IMG/VR virus record: IMGVR_UViG_3300025652_000043
Coordinates: 19,042 to 83,041 of that record
From: a virus
Length of the DNA: 64,000 nt
Direction: 5' to 3' (one strand)
The first letter of the stretch is position 1. Each line of letters begins with the position of its first letter. The notes beneath the pieces were generated by a model. It was not told the DNA's origin. It did not search any database and was given only the letters and a program-made list of their open reading frames with translations. Positions 40,004-47,766 of the stretch are shown piece after piece. A program made the position numbers and the translations under genes.

Positions 40004-40231
40004 TTAATTGTTATCAAAATCATCTTCTAAGGCAGATTCAGGGAACATTTTATCCCAATCTTCTTTGGTATTTCCTGTCATTATGAACTCCCTTTGTTCT
40101 GCATTTAAATTAGGGAATACATCTTGAATACATTTGACTCCTTTAGCATACTCATATAATTGAGCTTGAGTTACTGGTAAGTCCATTACATTGGCTTTCC
40201 CCGTTATAGGGGATACTTTACTTACTTTCAT
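40004..40231 (-). CDS. Small phage protein
   Basis: SPITGK...IQDVFPNLNAEQREFIMTG...WDKMF resembles a small phage protein family; not verified. Confidence 0.7.
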   Translation of the reverse strand: MKVSKVSPITGKANVMDLPVTQAQLYEYAKGVKCIQDVFPNLNAEQREFIMTGNTKEDWDKMFPESALEDDFDNN

Positions 40232-40429
40232 TTGATTAAAATTTAACAGTTATTATTTGGATTTGTGCTTGAGAACTTGTAATATTGATATCTCAATATC
40301 ACTTTGTTGGGCTACTAACTATGTTTTAGACCACAAGGGTCTAAAAGTCTTTTGAAGGTGCAGGAAACTTTGCTTTATAAAAGCTAAATTTAGAGTAAAA
40401 AAAAAGAATTAGTTAGGGTAAAATAATAA

Positions 40430-40464
40430 TAAGAGTAAGTACAGTTATTTGTACTTACTCTTAT
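40430..40464 (-). terminator. Intrinsic terminator
   Basis: taagagtaagtac-agttattt-gtacttactctta. Confidence 0.7.
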
Positions 40465-40479
40465 GTATTATAGAGGAAA

Positions 40480-41097
40480 CTAGTTTCCTACTAATGCTTG
40501 ACCTGCAACTACATTTTCTCCTGTCATTTCTGATTGGATAACTTGTGAAGCATAGAAATCATCTGCTACAGAGTTTCTATTGTCAACATCTTCTTTTGCA
40601 ACCATTGAAAAGAATACTGATCTATACTGAGGCTTATTGTTATCATCTAAGATAAGCTGACCTTCCTTTGCATGATTTTCACCATATCTCACAACTTGTG
40701 AGTCTGCAAATTCATCCATTGTTCTTAGTCCTTCTTGTATAGCATAAGCTTGGTTAGAAGTTAAGATTGGATGATTAGACATTATTCTATATAAACATGA
40801 AGTAGAAGGAATTTTCCCTATTACGTCATCTATTGATGCTACTGCAAAAGGAACATCAATCCAACATACTCTGTTTTCTTCATTTGTGAACTCTTGTTCA
40901 GCAAATCCGAAATCAGCAAGTGCAAATGGGTTATCTTGCAAATCATTCTTGATTTGTTTAGATGGGTAATAACTGACAGTTTTAATAACTTGTCTCAATT
41001 GGGCAGTTTTAGTGCCTTCTTTTTGGTACTCTCCTACATAAAGTTTGTCAACACTAATAGGTGTTGCATTTGTAGTTTTTCTAATTGAATTTTCCAT
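40480..41097 (-). CDS. Hypothetical early protein
   Basis: 205 aa, flanked by an early promoter motif (41333) and a terminator. Confidence 0.75.
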   Translation of the reverse strand: MENSIRKTTNATPISVDKLYVGEYQKEGTKTAQLRQVIKTVSYYPSKQIKNDLQDNPFALADFGFAEQEFTNEENRVCWIDVPFAVASIDDVIGKIPSTSCLYRIMSNHPILTSNQAYAIQEGLRTMDEFADSQVVRYGENHAKEGQLILDDNNKPQYRSVFFSMVAKEDVDNRNSVADDFYASQVIQSEMTGENVVAGQALVGN

Positions 41098-41370
41098 GGT
41101 CTTTGTTTTAGATGGAATTAATAAAAATGTGTTTTGGTCTCTAGTTTTACAAGTGAGAAGCTTGGCATATTAGGCTATGTTACAAAATGTATTTGAATTT
41201 TGGTATTGCTAAATATAGTGGTTATTTGGTGACTGTGTTCTATTGCACACATTATCAGCCTGTTAGCCTTAATACTTGAAGTAATACTTTAACCAATTAC
41301 ATTCTACTTAACAGCTTAACTTTTACTGCTTGAATTAGTGAGGGTATTGCATTGGGAAAAACAAATTGAT

Positions 41371-41600
41371 TAAAAAACCACTCCTATTTAGTTATTCAAC
41401 TAATATAAGAGTGGTCTGAGTCATTTTTCCATTTTTATTTAATAGGTACAAAGAAAGCTACCAATAAACTCAATTCTATTTACACACATCAGGATGTTAA
41501 ATAGTATGGTAGTAAACCAAATCCCTAACAAGCTATGTAGCCTGATCTGAATTAAATACATATATGCAAGGACTACATTAAGTTAGTACTTTGCCTTGCT
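41371..41600 (-). ncRNA. Candidate structured small RNA (alternatively a 40-aa ORF, 41439-41561)
   Basis: Own promoter motif (41602) and terminator (41372-41415); 5' stem GCAAGG/CCUUGC; nested hairpin 41458-41512; contains the reverse complement of the early-gene leader. Confidence 0.5.
41372..41415 (-). terminator. Intrinsic terminator
   Basis: accactc...gagtggt stem followed by a U tract on the - strand. Confidence 0.7.
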
Positions 41601-41703
41601 TAAATTAGTGAGGGTTTTGAACTGGGAGTTAATAAATAAATAATCCTTTATACCTTTAATAGAGTATAAGTTGGGGTATTGAATAAAAAATAAAATAGAA
41701 AAG

Positions 41704-41735
41704 AAACAAGATGTCTAATTAAAGACACCTTGTTT
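41704..41735 (-). terminator. Intrinsic terminator
   Basis: aaacaagatgtc-taattaaa-gacaccttgttt. Confidence 0.65.
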
Positions 41736-41738
41736 ATT

Positions 41739-42047
41739 TTAAAGCTCTTGTTCATACTTAGCAAGAGCTACTTTATCTATTGATTCTTCTGATGCAAATA
41801 AAACATTATGTACTTGCATAGATGATTTAATATCTTTAGTAATCTTGTTTATTAATACTTCAAATGTATTAATATGGTTTTCCAAAAGAATAACTCTTGA
41901 CTTTTTGTGTGATGGTGTGTTTACCTCCATCTCCACAAATGCCATAGTTAATTCATCCCATTGGTCTCTGATTGCTATTAATTCTTGAGTTGACAAGTCA
42001 ACTGTTTTGCCTACAATGGCATCTGCTCTTCTAAGTTTTAAGTCCAT
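41739..42047 (-). CDS. Early hypothetical protein (helical)
   Basis: 102 aa in a promoter-leader-terminator cassette. Confidence 0.75.
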   Translation of the reverse strand: MDLKLRRADAIVGKTVDLSTQELIAIRDQWDELTMAFVEMEVNTPSHKKSRVILLENHINTFEVLINKITKDIKSSMQVHNVLFASEESIDKVALAKYEQEL

Positions 42048-42118
42048 ATTTATATGTATTTATGAATGACAATGTTGTCTATAATTAGTGGGGGTCTTGA
42101 ATTGAGATTAAAAGAAAA

Positions 42119-42150
42119 AGAATCCAGGTACATTGCTGTACCCAGATTCT
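42119..42150 (-). terminator. Intrinsic terminator
   Basis: agaatccaggtac-attgct-gtacccagattct with A tract to the left. Confidence 0.65.
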
Positions 42151-42156
42151 AACATG

Positions 42157-42411
42157 CTAAAACTCTGCTACTGTATTAGAGTCTTTGATGTTTATCATAC
42201 ATGCTTCCATGTAATCCCCATCCTCTACTAGAAATGCTATTTCAGCATTTATATCAAGGTCTCCTTGAGCTTTGTAGGTTTTCCCACTTGCTCCTACTAC
42301 GAAGAACTTACCATTTTTAGGGTTTTTCTTCAACTTCATGCTTGGCTCATTAGCCAATGATTTGAACTCACTAATTGTTAGGAATTCAATGTTACCTGAT
42401 GTATTTTCCAT
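42157..42411 (-). CDS. Early hypothetical protein (small beta-rich)
   Basis: 84 aa in a cassette. Confidence 0.75.
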   Translation of the reverse strand: MENTSGNIEFLTISEFKSLANEPSMKLKKNPKNGKFFVVGASGKTYKAQGDLDINAEIAFLVEDGDYMEACMINIKDSNTVAEF

Positions 42412-42551
42412 AATATATGTATTTAGACGACTTTTAGTTTATATCGTCATAAACTAGTAAGGGTTTTGAATTGGGAAATGAAGAAAAAATAAACAATATA
42501 CCTCCACTACTACACTATATTATTATCAACTAATAACCTTATAAAGGTTTA

Positions 42552-42597
42552 AAAAATAACCCAAGTGTATCTCTACACTCAGGTTATTAGTTACTAC
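42552..42597 (-). terminator. Intrinsic terminator, near-duplicate of 43086-43131
   Basis: aataacccaagtgta-tctc-tacactcaggttatt-agttactac. Confidence 0.75.
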
Positions 42598-43010
42598 ATT
42601 TTGTCTATGACCTTAGAGGCTTTATGAGATATAGCTTTGTCCTTGAACATCTCTCTCTTCTCATCAACAGACAACAAGTCTTCACACTCATAGTACAGTT
42701 CTCTTTCCTTAGCAAGGTCATTCATTAAGTTTATAATGACAGACTGATGCTTATAAGCTTTGATAAACTCTGCCAAGTCTTTATCACAAGACTCTATAAG
42801 GTCTTCACTTTCCAATAGTTTAGCACCTACTAATCTAGATTGTAAGATACTAATAAGGAAAACAGATTGACTATCACTAACTGTTTGACCAAAGTCAAGT
42901 CTAGTGTTACCAACATTGAATACTGTTCTGAGTTCAACAGCTCTAGCTTCTTGTAGATTAACATTGATAGTGTCTACACTCAATTTCAACTCAATAAATA
43001 ATTCTAACAT
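42594..43010 (-). CDS. Early hypothetical protein
   Basis: 138 aa in a cassette. Confidence 0.75.
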   Translation of the reverse strand: MLELFIELKLSVDTINVNLQEARAVELRTVFNVGNTRLDFGQTVSDSQSVFLISILQSRLVGAKLLESEDLIESCDKDLAEFIKAYKHQSVIINLMNDLAKERELYYECEDLLSVDEKREMFKDKAISHKASKVIDKM

Positions 43011-43085
43011 AATACATGTATTTAAGATAGTAAATTCAGCTTACTATCTCAAACTAGTCTGGGTATTGAAATATGTAAAAAACAT

Positions 43086-43131
43086 AAAAATAACCTAAGT
43101 ATATCTCTATACTTAGGTTATTAGTTACTAC
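43086..43131 (-). terminator. Intrinsic terminator, near-duplicate of 42552-42597
   Basis: aataacctaagtata-tctc-tatacttaggttatt-agttactac. Confidence 0.8.
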
Positions 43132-43487
43132 TTTTCAATATCAAAGCTCTTATGAACTTTGTTTAAAGTCTTCTTCATACCTATAGTAGGTATAATTGCA
43201 AAGACAACACCTGAAGAGTAGAATGTCAACATGTCTTTTTCAGGTGTACCATGCATACACTTAGGATAGAGACCAATACCTGAAGTAGAAGTATGTCCAT
43301 CTTTCTCTTCAAGATGTACTACCATAGAATATCCTTCCTGATTCTCCATCCACTCTATGTCAGTAGATATGCCAACTACAGTTTCACCATAGTTATCTCC
43401 TCCAAATAGGAAAGCAGAGATGACTAGTTTCTCTAAATCAGAATAGTAAGTTGCTGTTTCCTTGTTAATGTCAATAAGATTCTTCAT
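43128..43487 (-). CDS. Early hypothetical protein
   Basis: 119 aa in a cassette. Confidence 0.75.
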   Translation of the reverse strand: MKNLIDINKETATYYSDLEKLVISAFLFGGDNYGETVVGISTDIEWMENQEGYSMVVHLEEKDGHTSTSGIGLYPKCMHGTPEKDMLTFYSSGVVFAIIPTIGMKKTLNKVHKSFDIEK

Positions 43488-43562
43488 AATATATGTATTT
43501 AAGATAGCTTTTAGATTATACTATCATAAACTAGTGAAGGTATTGAAATATGTAAAAAAGAA

Positions 43563-43588
43563 AAGAGTAAGCCAGAAGCCTACTCTTG
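43563..43588 (-). terminator. Intrinsic terminator
   Basis: aagagtaagc-cagaa-gcctactctt with A tract to the left. Confidence 0.65.
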
Positions 43589-43593
43589 TTCTC

Positions 43594-43917
43594 TTAGATA
43601 CCATGTGTTGTGTAACATGTATCCATCATCTCATTTAATGTCCACTCTACTTCATGTTGAAGTTCTTCTTCAGGTGTATAGTCTTCATCAGGATATTCCA
43701 CTTCTGCTAGAGTTTCATAAGACTCTCCAGTTTCATGGTCTTTCCAAGTTAAGACATACTGGTCTTCACTTATTCTATTAACAGTGATAGAACAACATCC
43801 TCTCTTACTTTGTAAGATGTAATGGTCATTTGATGGTTTGCTTAGGAGAGTCAGTCCAACTAGGACTGCAACAACTAAGACTAGTACGGGCAATATATAT
43901 TTGTCTTTCATATTCAT
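43594..43917 (-). CDS. Early membrane-anchored protein, probably leaderless
   Basis: N-terminal TM helix and acidic C-terminus; the promoter motif abuts the ATG. Confidence 0.7.
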   Translation of the reverse strand: MNMKDKYILPVLVLVVAVLVGLTLLSKPSNDHYILQSKRGCCSITVNRISEDQYVLTWKDHETGESYETLAEVEYPDEDYTPEEELQHEVEWTLNEMMDTCYTTHGI

Positions 43918-43981
43918 AAATTAGTTAAGGTATTGAGTGATAGTTAAAGGGAGGTGATACTATACCACCCCCCTATTGGTA

Positions 43982-44284
43982 TTATGTACAGTTATGTACC
44001 CAATACTTATGTCCACATATAGGACATTGATGATACTCCAACCAAGCATAGTATGGAGTGCTATCTAAACCAAGTAGTACTGTCTCAGTTCTATGAATAG
44101 CTTCCATCATCTCAGGTACAGGAGCATCACATTGTACACAATGAGTATGAGCATTCACCTCAATGTTTTCTATCTTGTCTGTACTACAGTCAACAAGATC
44201 TCTCCAATCTCTACTGATATGGTCTATAGCATGTATAGTACCATCTATACTCCATATAAGAGTATAACTTCTTCTTGTGTTCAT
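43982..44284 (-). CDS. Early zinc-ribbon protein
   Basis: HCVQCD...QCPICG. Confidence 0.72.
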   Translation of the reverse strand: MNTRRSYTLIWSIDGTIHAIDHISRDWRDLVDCSTDKIENIEVNAHTHCVQCDAPVPEMMEAIHRTETVLLGLDSTPYYAWLEYHQCPICGHKYWVHNCT

Positions 44285-44359
44285 TACACATATGTATTTA
44301 ATATGGCTCTCACTTGTGGGCAGAGAGCCTACTCCCTTACTTAGTCAAGGTGTTGTCAC

Positions 44360-44587
44360 CTAGAATGGCAGGTCATCATACAATTCCCTGTCATCTAGAT
44401 TACAATCATCCTCTACATCATACCAGTCCTCACATTCAATGTCTTCTGGTATATCATTCCCTATGTAGTAATAGTCTACATAGTGATACACATCAGATAG
44501 ACACTCTCCTGTTGAGAAAGTCTGACCATGATAAGTGTCACACTCCTTGGTGTCACACATAGATTGATAGATAAATACTAGATCCAT
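44360..44587 (-). CDS. First early gene: small, highly acidic Cys/Tyr-rich protein ending in DDLPF
   Basis: 75 aa, Asp/Glu-dominated; follows the outermost early promoter. Confidence 0.7.
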   Translation of the reverse strand: MDLVFIYQSMCDTKECDTYHGQTFSTGECLSDVYHYVDYYYIGNDIPEDIECEDWYDVEDDCNLDDRELYDDLPF

Positions 44588-44772
44588 GTCTCTATAGGTT
44601 AATACTCTCCACCATAATATATATTCATGGCTGAGAATACTTGGTTATCTCCCAATTCAAGGGGGGAGTTTCCCTTTCCTAAAACTAGTGGGGGTGTTGT
44701 TATAATAGGCATACATATTCCATAACCCTACAAAAATTTTTTTCTAAATAATTTTTAGATATTTCACTTAAT

Positions 44773-44805
44773 ACTTAAATTGTATTAATATTTTTCTTAA
44801 CTTTG
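44773..44805 (+). promoter_or_regulatory. Candidate late promoter (ACTTAAATTRTATTAATATT plus a TAnnTTTG -7 box)
   Basis: 19/20 identity with 53281-53300; TAACTTTG at 44798-44805 matches the Bacteroidota -7 consensus. Confidence 0.6.
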
Positions 44806-44809
44806 ATTT

Positions 44810-45649
44810 ATGATGACACCAGAAAAACAAAAAAGAGAATTAGACCGTTGTAAAAATGGTCATAAGGATATGACAGGAGAAGAGTACTTTTTCTATAATT
44901 ATTTTAAGATAGGTGGACAGTTGCCTAATCCTAGAACATATACCAAAGAAAGGTTCAAAAAACATAAGGAAGCTATTGAAGCAGATAGAATTTTATGGGA
45001 CACTAAGGTAAGGAGAAATAGAATTCATAGTGGTAGACTAGCAACAACAATGAAAGCAAGAGCTGAATTTCTAGCTAAGTTTCCATTGACCCCAGAAGAA
45101 GCATTTACCACTAAATCTTGGTTTGAGAAGGAAGTAGATAATAAGAGTAAAGAGTTTTGGGAGACAGTTAAGGTATCTCTTAGTAAAGAGGAACTTTTAA
45201 ATGGTGGAAAACCATTATCATTTCTACCTAATAAGTTGACACAAGCACAGGTAGATAATTTTATTAAACAGTGGAAAGATGCTGTACCAATTTGGAAGGA
45301 CAATTTAGTAGGTCCTCCTATTGTAACAGGTACAGCAGGGGAAATACCAAATTTTGAGGATAGAAGGAATCATCCTGATTTTAAAGGAAAAGAGTTTTGT
45401 GAAAGATGTGAAATGTATCCTCAATATAAAGATGGGTTTTGTGCATCCTGTATACATTCAGGAGAAGTTTCTATAGTTGAGAAAATGAAACCTCTGCAGT
45501 ATTTGAATAACTTTAATATGGCTATGTCTCAGATTGAAGGACTTAGTAGTAATGAAGAAAAAATAGAAGCTTATAAAGATGTTTGGATAAAAATATCTAA
45601 ACTGTTAGCTAAAGAAGGAATTGACTTTAAACCGAAATTTAAGAATTAA
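44810..45649 (+). CDS. Mosaic protein containing terminase-large-subunit-like peptide segments
   Basis: ELDRCKNGHKDMTGEEYFFYNYFKI, FPLTPEEAF and IVTGTAG resemble segments of the TerL at 48753; also a CxxC...CxxC finger. Confidence 0.6.
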   Translation: MMTPEKQKRELDRCKNGHKDMTGEEYFFYNYFKIGGQLPNPRTYTKERFKKHKEAIEADRILWDTKVRRNRIHSGRLATTMKARAEFLAKFPLTPEEAFTTKSWFEKEVDNKSKEFWETVKVSLSKEELLNGGKPLSFLPNKLTQAQVDNFIKQWKDAVPIWKDNLVGPPIVTGTAGEIPNFEDRRNHPDFKGKEFCERCEMYPQYKDGFCASCIHSGEVSIVEKMKPLQYLNNFNMAMSQIEGLSSNEEKIEAYKDVWIKISKLLAKEGIDFKPKFKN

Positions 45650-45661
45650 AAGAAAAAAAGT

Positions 45662-46018
45662 ATGGCAACAATTAAAAAGAAATTAACATTACCCAAGAAT
45701 GAATATTACTCTAAACATTTGAGTATAGTGAATGTATTTCTTCCAGTGAAGATGACACCTAAAGAAATTGAAGTGTTAGCTTGTTTTATGTCTTTGGAAG
45801 GGGATATTGCAGAACAAAGATTTGGTACTTCAGCTAGGAAACTAGTTATGAGTACTATGAATCTTAAACCAGGAGGTTTAGGTAATTATTTTAAGTCTCT
45901 TAAACAAAAGAAGTTTCTTAAAGAGTTAGGACATAATAAGTTTGAAATATTATCTATGTTATATCCAACTCCAGAATATCAGAACTATATGTTTCAACTT
46001 ATAAAGGTAGAAGATTAG
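45662..46018 (+). CDS. Putative winged-HTH DNA-binding protein
   Basis: MTPKEIEVLACF...ARKLVMSTMNLKPGGLGNYFKSLKQKKFL, a MarR-like pattern. Confidence 0.6.
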   Translation: MATIKKKLTLPKNEYYSKHLSIVNVFLPVKMTPKEIEVLACFMSLEGDIAEQRFGTSARKLVMSTMNLKPGGLGNYFKSLKQKKFLKELGHNKFEILSMLYPTPEYQNYMFQLIKVED

Positions 46019-46446
46019 TGGCTAGAGTAGTTTACACAGAGGAGTTGATAAGGAAATTTTATGAAGAAGTTTCTAAAGAGTATCCAGAATATCCTATGGC
46101 TACAATTGATAAGATTGTAAGAGCAGAGTTTAGAATGGTGAAAGATAAAATGACCAATGGTGAACTAGAGGATATTAGGTTACAGTATTTATTTAAACTA
46201 ACAGTGTCTCCACAAAGAGTTATGAAGCAATTAAGATTTATGACTTTAAAAGAGGTAGGAATGTCTTTAAGTAAAAGGCAGTATTATATGGAGTTACTAT
46301 TGAATCATGTTAAAAAGAACAAGAAAAAATTTAAAAAGTATGAAGGAAGAATTAAAAAGTACACAGGATACACAAGAAAGCAAATTGATAGGGGGGAATA
46401 TCTTAGTGATGGACATAGCAGCCCTACCAAAAGCACAAGGACTTGA
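46018..46446 (+). CDS. Possible HU/IHF-like DNA-binding protein
   Basis: IDKIVRAEFRMVKDKMTNGELEDIRLQYLFKLTV resembles the HU helix2-beta1 region; basic protein. Confidence 0.45.
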   Translation: MARVVYTEELIRKFYEEVSKEYPEYPMATIDKIVRAEFRMVKDKMTNGELEDIRLQYLFKLTVSPQRVMKQLRFMTLKEVGMSLSKRQYYMELLLNHVKKNKKKFKKYEGRIKKYTGYTRKQIDRGEYLSDGHSSPTKSTRT

Positions 46447-46744
46447 TGTAGAAAAATGGGCTACTATTATTAGGGAAGAGGGAGTTTTGTTTTATGACTC
46501 CAAAGCTGGAGATAAGCCAGAATTTATAAACCCTGATGAAAAGATTGTGATGTATGATGTTAAGGATGAACAAGTGATGAAAGATTTAGAAGAGATTTTA
46601 AATTCAAAAGAAGTGAATCCTGAATATAAAGGTGAGTCAGAGGTATTGGAGGATGGAACTATGACAGGGAATTTTGAGACAACATTTCCAATAGAAAATT
46701 TAGAAGAAGTACATAATCAATTAGAACAAGAGTTAGATGACTAA
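46409..46744 (+). CDS. Acidic hypothetical protein (probable start MDIAALPK)
   Basis: The track's start at 46307 overlaps the previous gene heavily, so an internal Met is preferred. Confidence 0.55.
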   Translation: MDIAALPKAQGLDVEKWATIIREEGVLFYDSKAGDKPEFINPDEKIVMYDVKDEQVMKDLEEILNSKEVNPEYKGESEVLEDGTMTGNFETTFPIENLEEVHNQLEQELDD

Positions 46745-46958
46745 TCTTATTTATGATCCAATATTAGGTTTAGTGGGGTGGGAATTTATTAATACTGAAG
46801 AGCCTATTATAGGTGTTCCCTCTGAGACTAAAGAAGCCATTAAAAAAATATTAGAAAATAGGTCTAATCTTATGAAAAATATTATAAACAAAATGCCACC
46901 TAATAGAAGAGTTAAAATGCAGAAAGATTTTCAGTGGCAATTAAGAAAGTTTAAGTGA
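46737..46958 (+). CDS. Hypothetical protein
   Basis: 73 aa with overlapping start and stop codons. Confidence 0.55.
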   Translation: MTNLIYDPILGLVGWEFINTEEPIIGVPSETKEAIKKILENRSNLMKNIINKMPPNRRVKMQKDFQWQLRKFK

Positions 46959-47380
46959 TGAATAGATATTATTTACCAACAGAAGAGGAGTTTGAAGTTG
47001 ACCTAGAGTTAGAAGTATATGATGAAGATGAAAATTCATGGTCTCCACATACTCTCAATTCAAATTCTAAGAGTGCTTTTCTACCTCTACTTAAGTCTGG
47101 AGATATTAGAGTTAAATACTTAGATTCTCAGGATTTTGGAAAATTAGGTTACACTGTAAAAAAGACCTTTTTACATGAACAAGAAAATATTATTGGATAT
47201 AGTGGAGAAGTTCCAGTAACGGAGATAATTAATGTTTATGATGAAGAAGCTTTAGGTGTATATAAAGGTGGAACTGAAATAGGGATATTTTATCCTTTTG
47301 ACCCTAAGATTAATCTTAAGATTAATAGTAAGAAGTATTTAATTAAAAACTTAACCAAGTTAAGAGAAATATTAAAATGA
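46955..47380 (+). CDS. Hypothetical protein
   Basis: 141-aa ORF in the operon. Confidence 0.6.
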   Translation: MMNRYYLPTEEEFEVDLELEVYDEDENSWSPHTLNSNSKSAFLPLLKSGDIRVKYLDSQDFGKLGYTVKKTFLHEQENIIGYSGEVPVTEIINVYDEEALGVYKGGTEIGIFYPFDPKINLKINSKKYLIKNLTKLREILK

Positions 47381-47766
47381 AAGCAAAAATAAATTATGTT
47401 AATATAAAGTCTTACCTTGTAGGCAATTTTAGGTATAGACTTTATTATAGTAAATTTAAGTGGTTAATAAAGAATCACATAGTAGAGCAGATTGATTGGA
47501 GAACTCAAGTAATGGACAAGCAATGTTACGACCAAGGTTCTTGTATATTATGTGGATGCCCAACAATTGCATTACAAATGTCAAATAAAGCTTGTGATAA
47601 ACCTTGTTATCCTACTATGATGAATAAGTCTGATTGGTTTGTTTTTGAACATGGAGGGGTAGTTTATGATAAAGAGACAGATTTTTGTTGGCAAATGATA
47701 AATAAGGAGTTTATAAAGTTTAAAACTAATACTGAAAGAAATAATGAGTTGGAAAAACGCAAATAG
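47377..47766 (+). CDS. Cys-rich putative zinc-binding protein
   Basis: C...CILCGC...CDKPC cluster. Confidence 0.65.
   Translation: MKAKINYVNIKSYLVGNFRYRLYYSKFKWLIKNHIVEQIDWRTQVMDKQCYDQGSCILCGCPTIALQMSNKACDKPCYPTMMNKSDWFVFEHGGVVYDKETDFCWQMINKEFIKFKTNTERNNELEKRK

Larger units (their letters stand above)
41333..44700 (-). promoter_or_regulatory. Repeated phage early promoter motif, - strand consensus approx. TCAAYACCYYNACTARTTT
   Basis: Copies (+ strand start) at about 41333, 41602, 41666, 42083, 42451, 43051, 43528, 43918, 44339 and 44682, plus a partial copy at 40407; intergenic and mostly just upstream of a - strand gene and downstream of a terminator. Confidence 0.85.

Noticed and set aside
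14523-44562. Short + strand ORFs within the - strand blocks (e.g. 20838, 21412, 27454, 31633, 40894, 44093)
   Set aside because: They overlap well-supported opposite-strand genes and lack recognisable motifs.
41333-44700. CRISPR array or integron attC array
   Set aside because: The repeats are degenerate, irregularly spaced by whole genes, and no cas or integrase gene is in the window; a promoter interpretation fits better.
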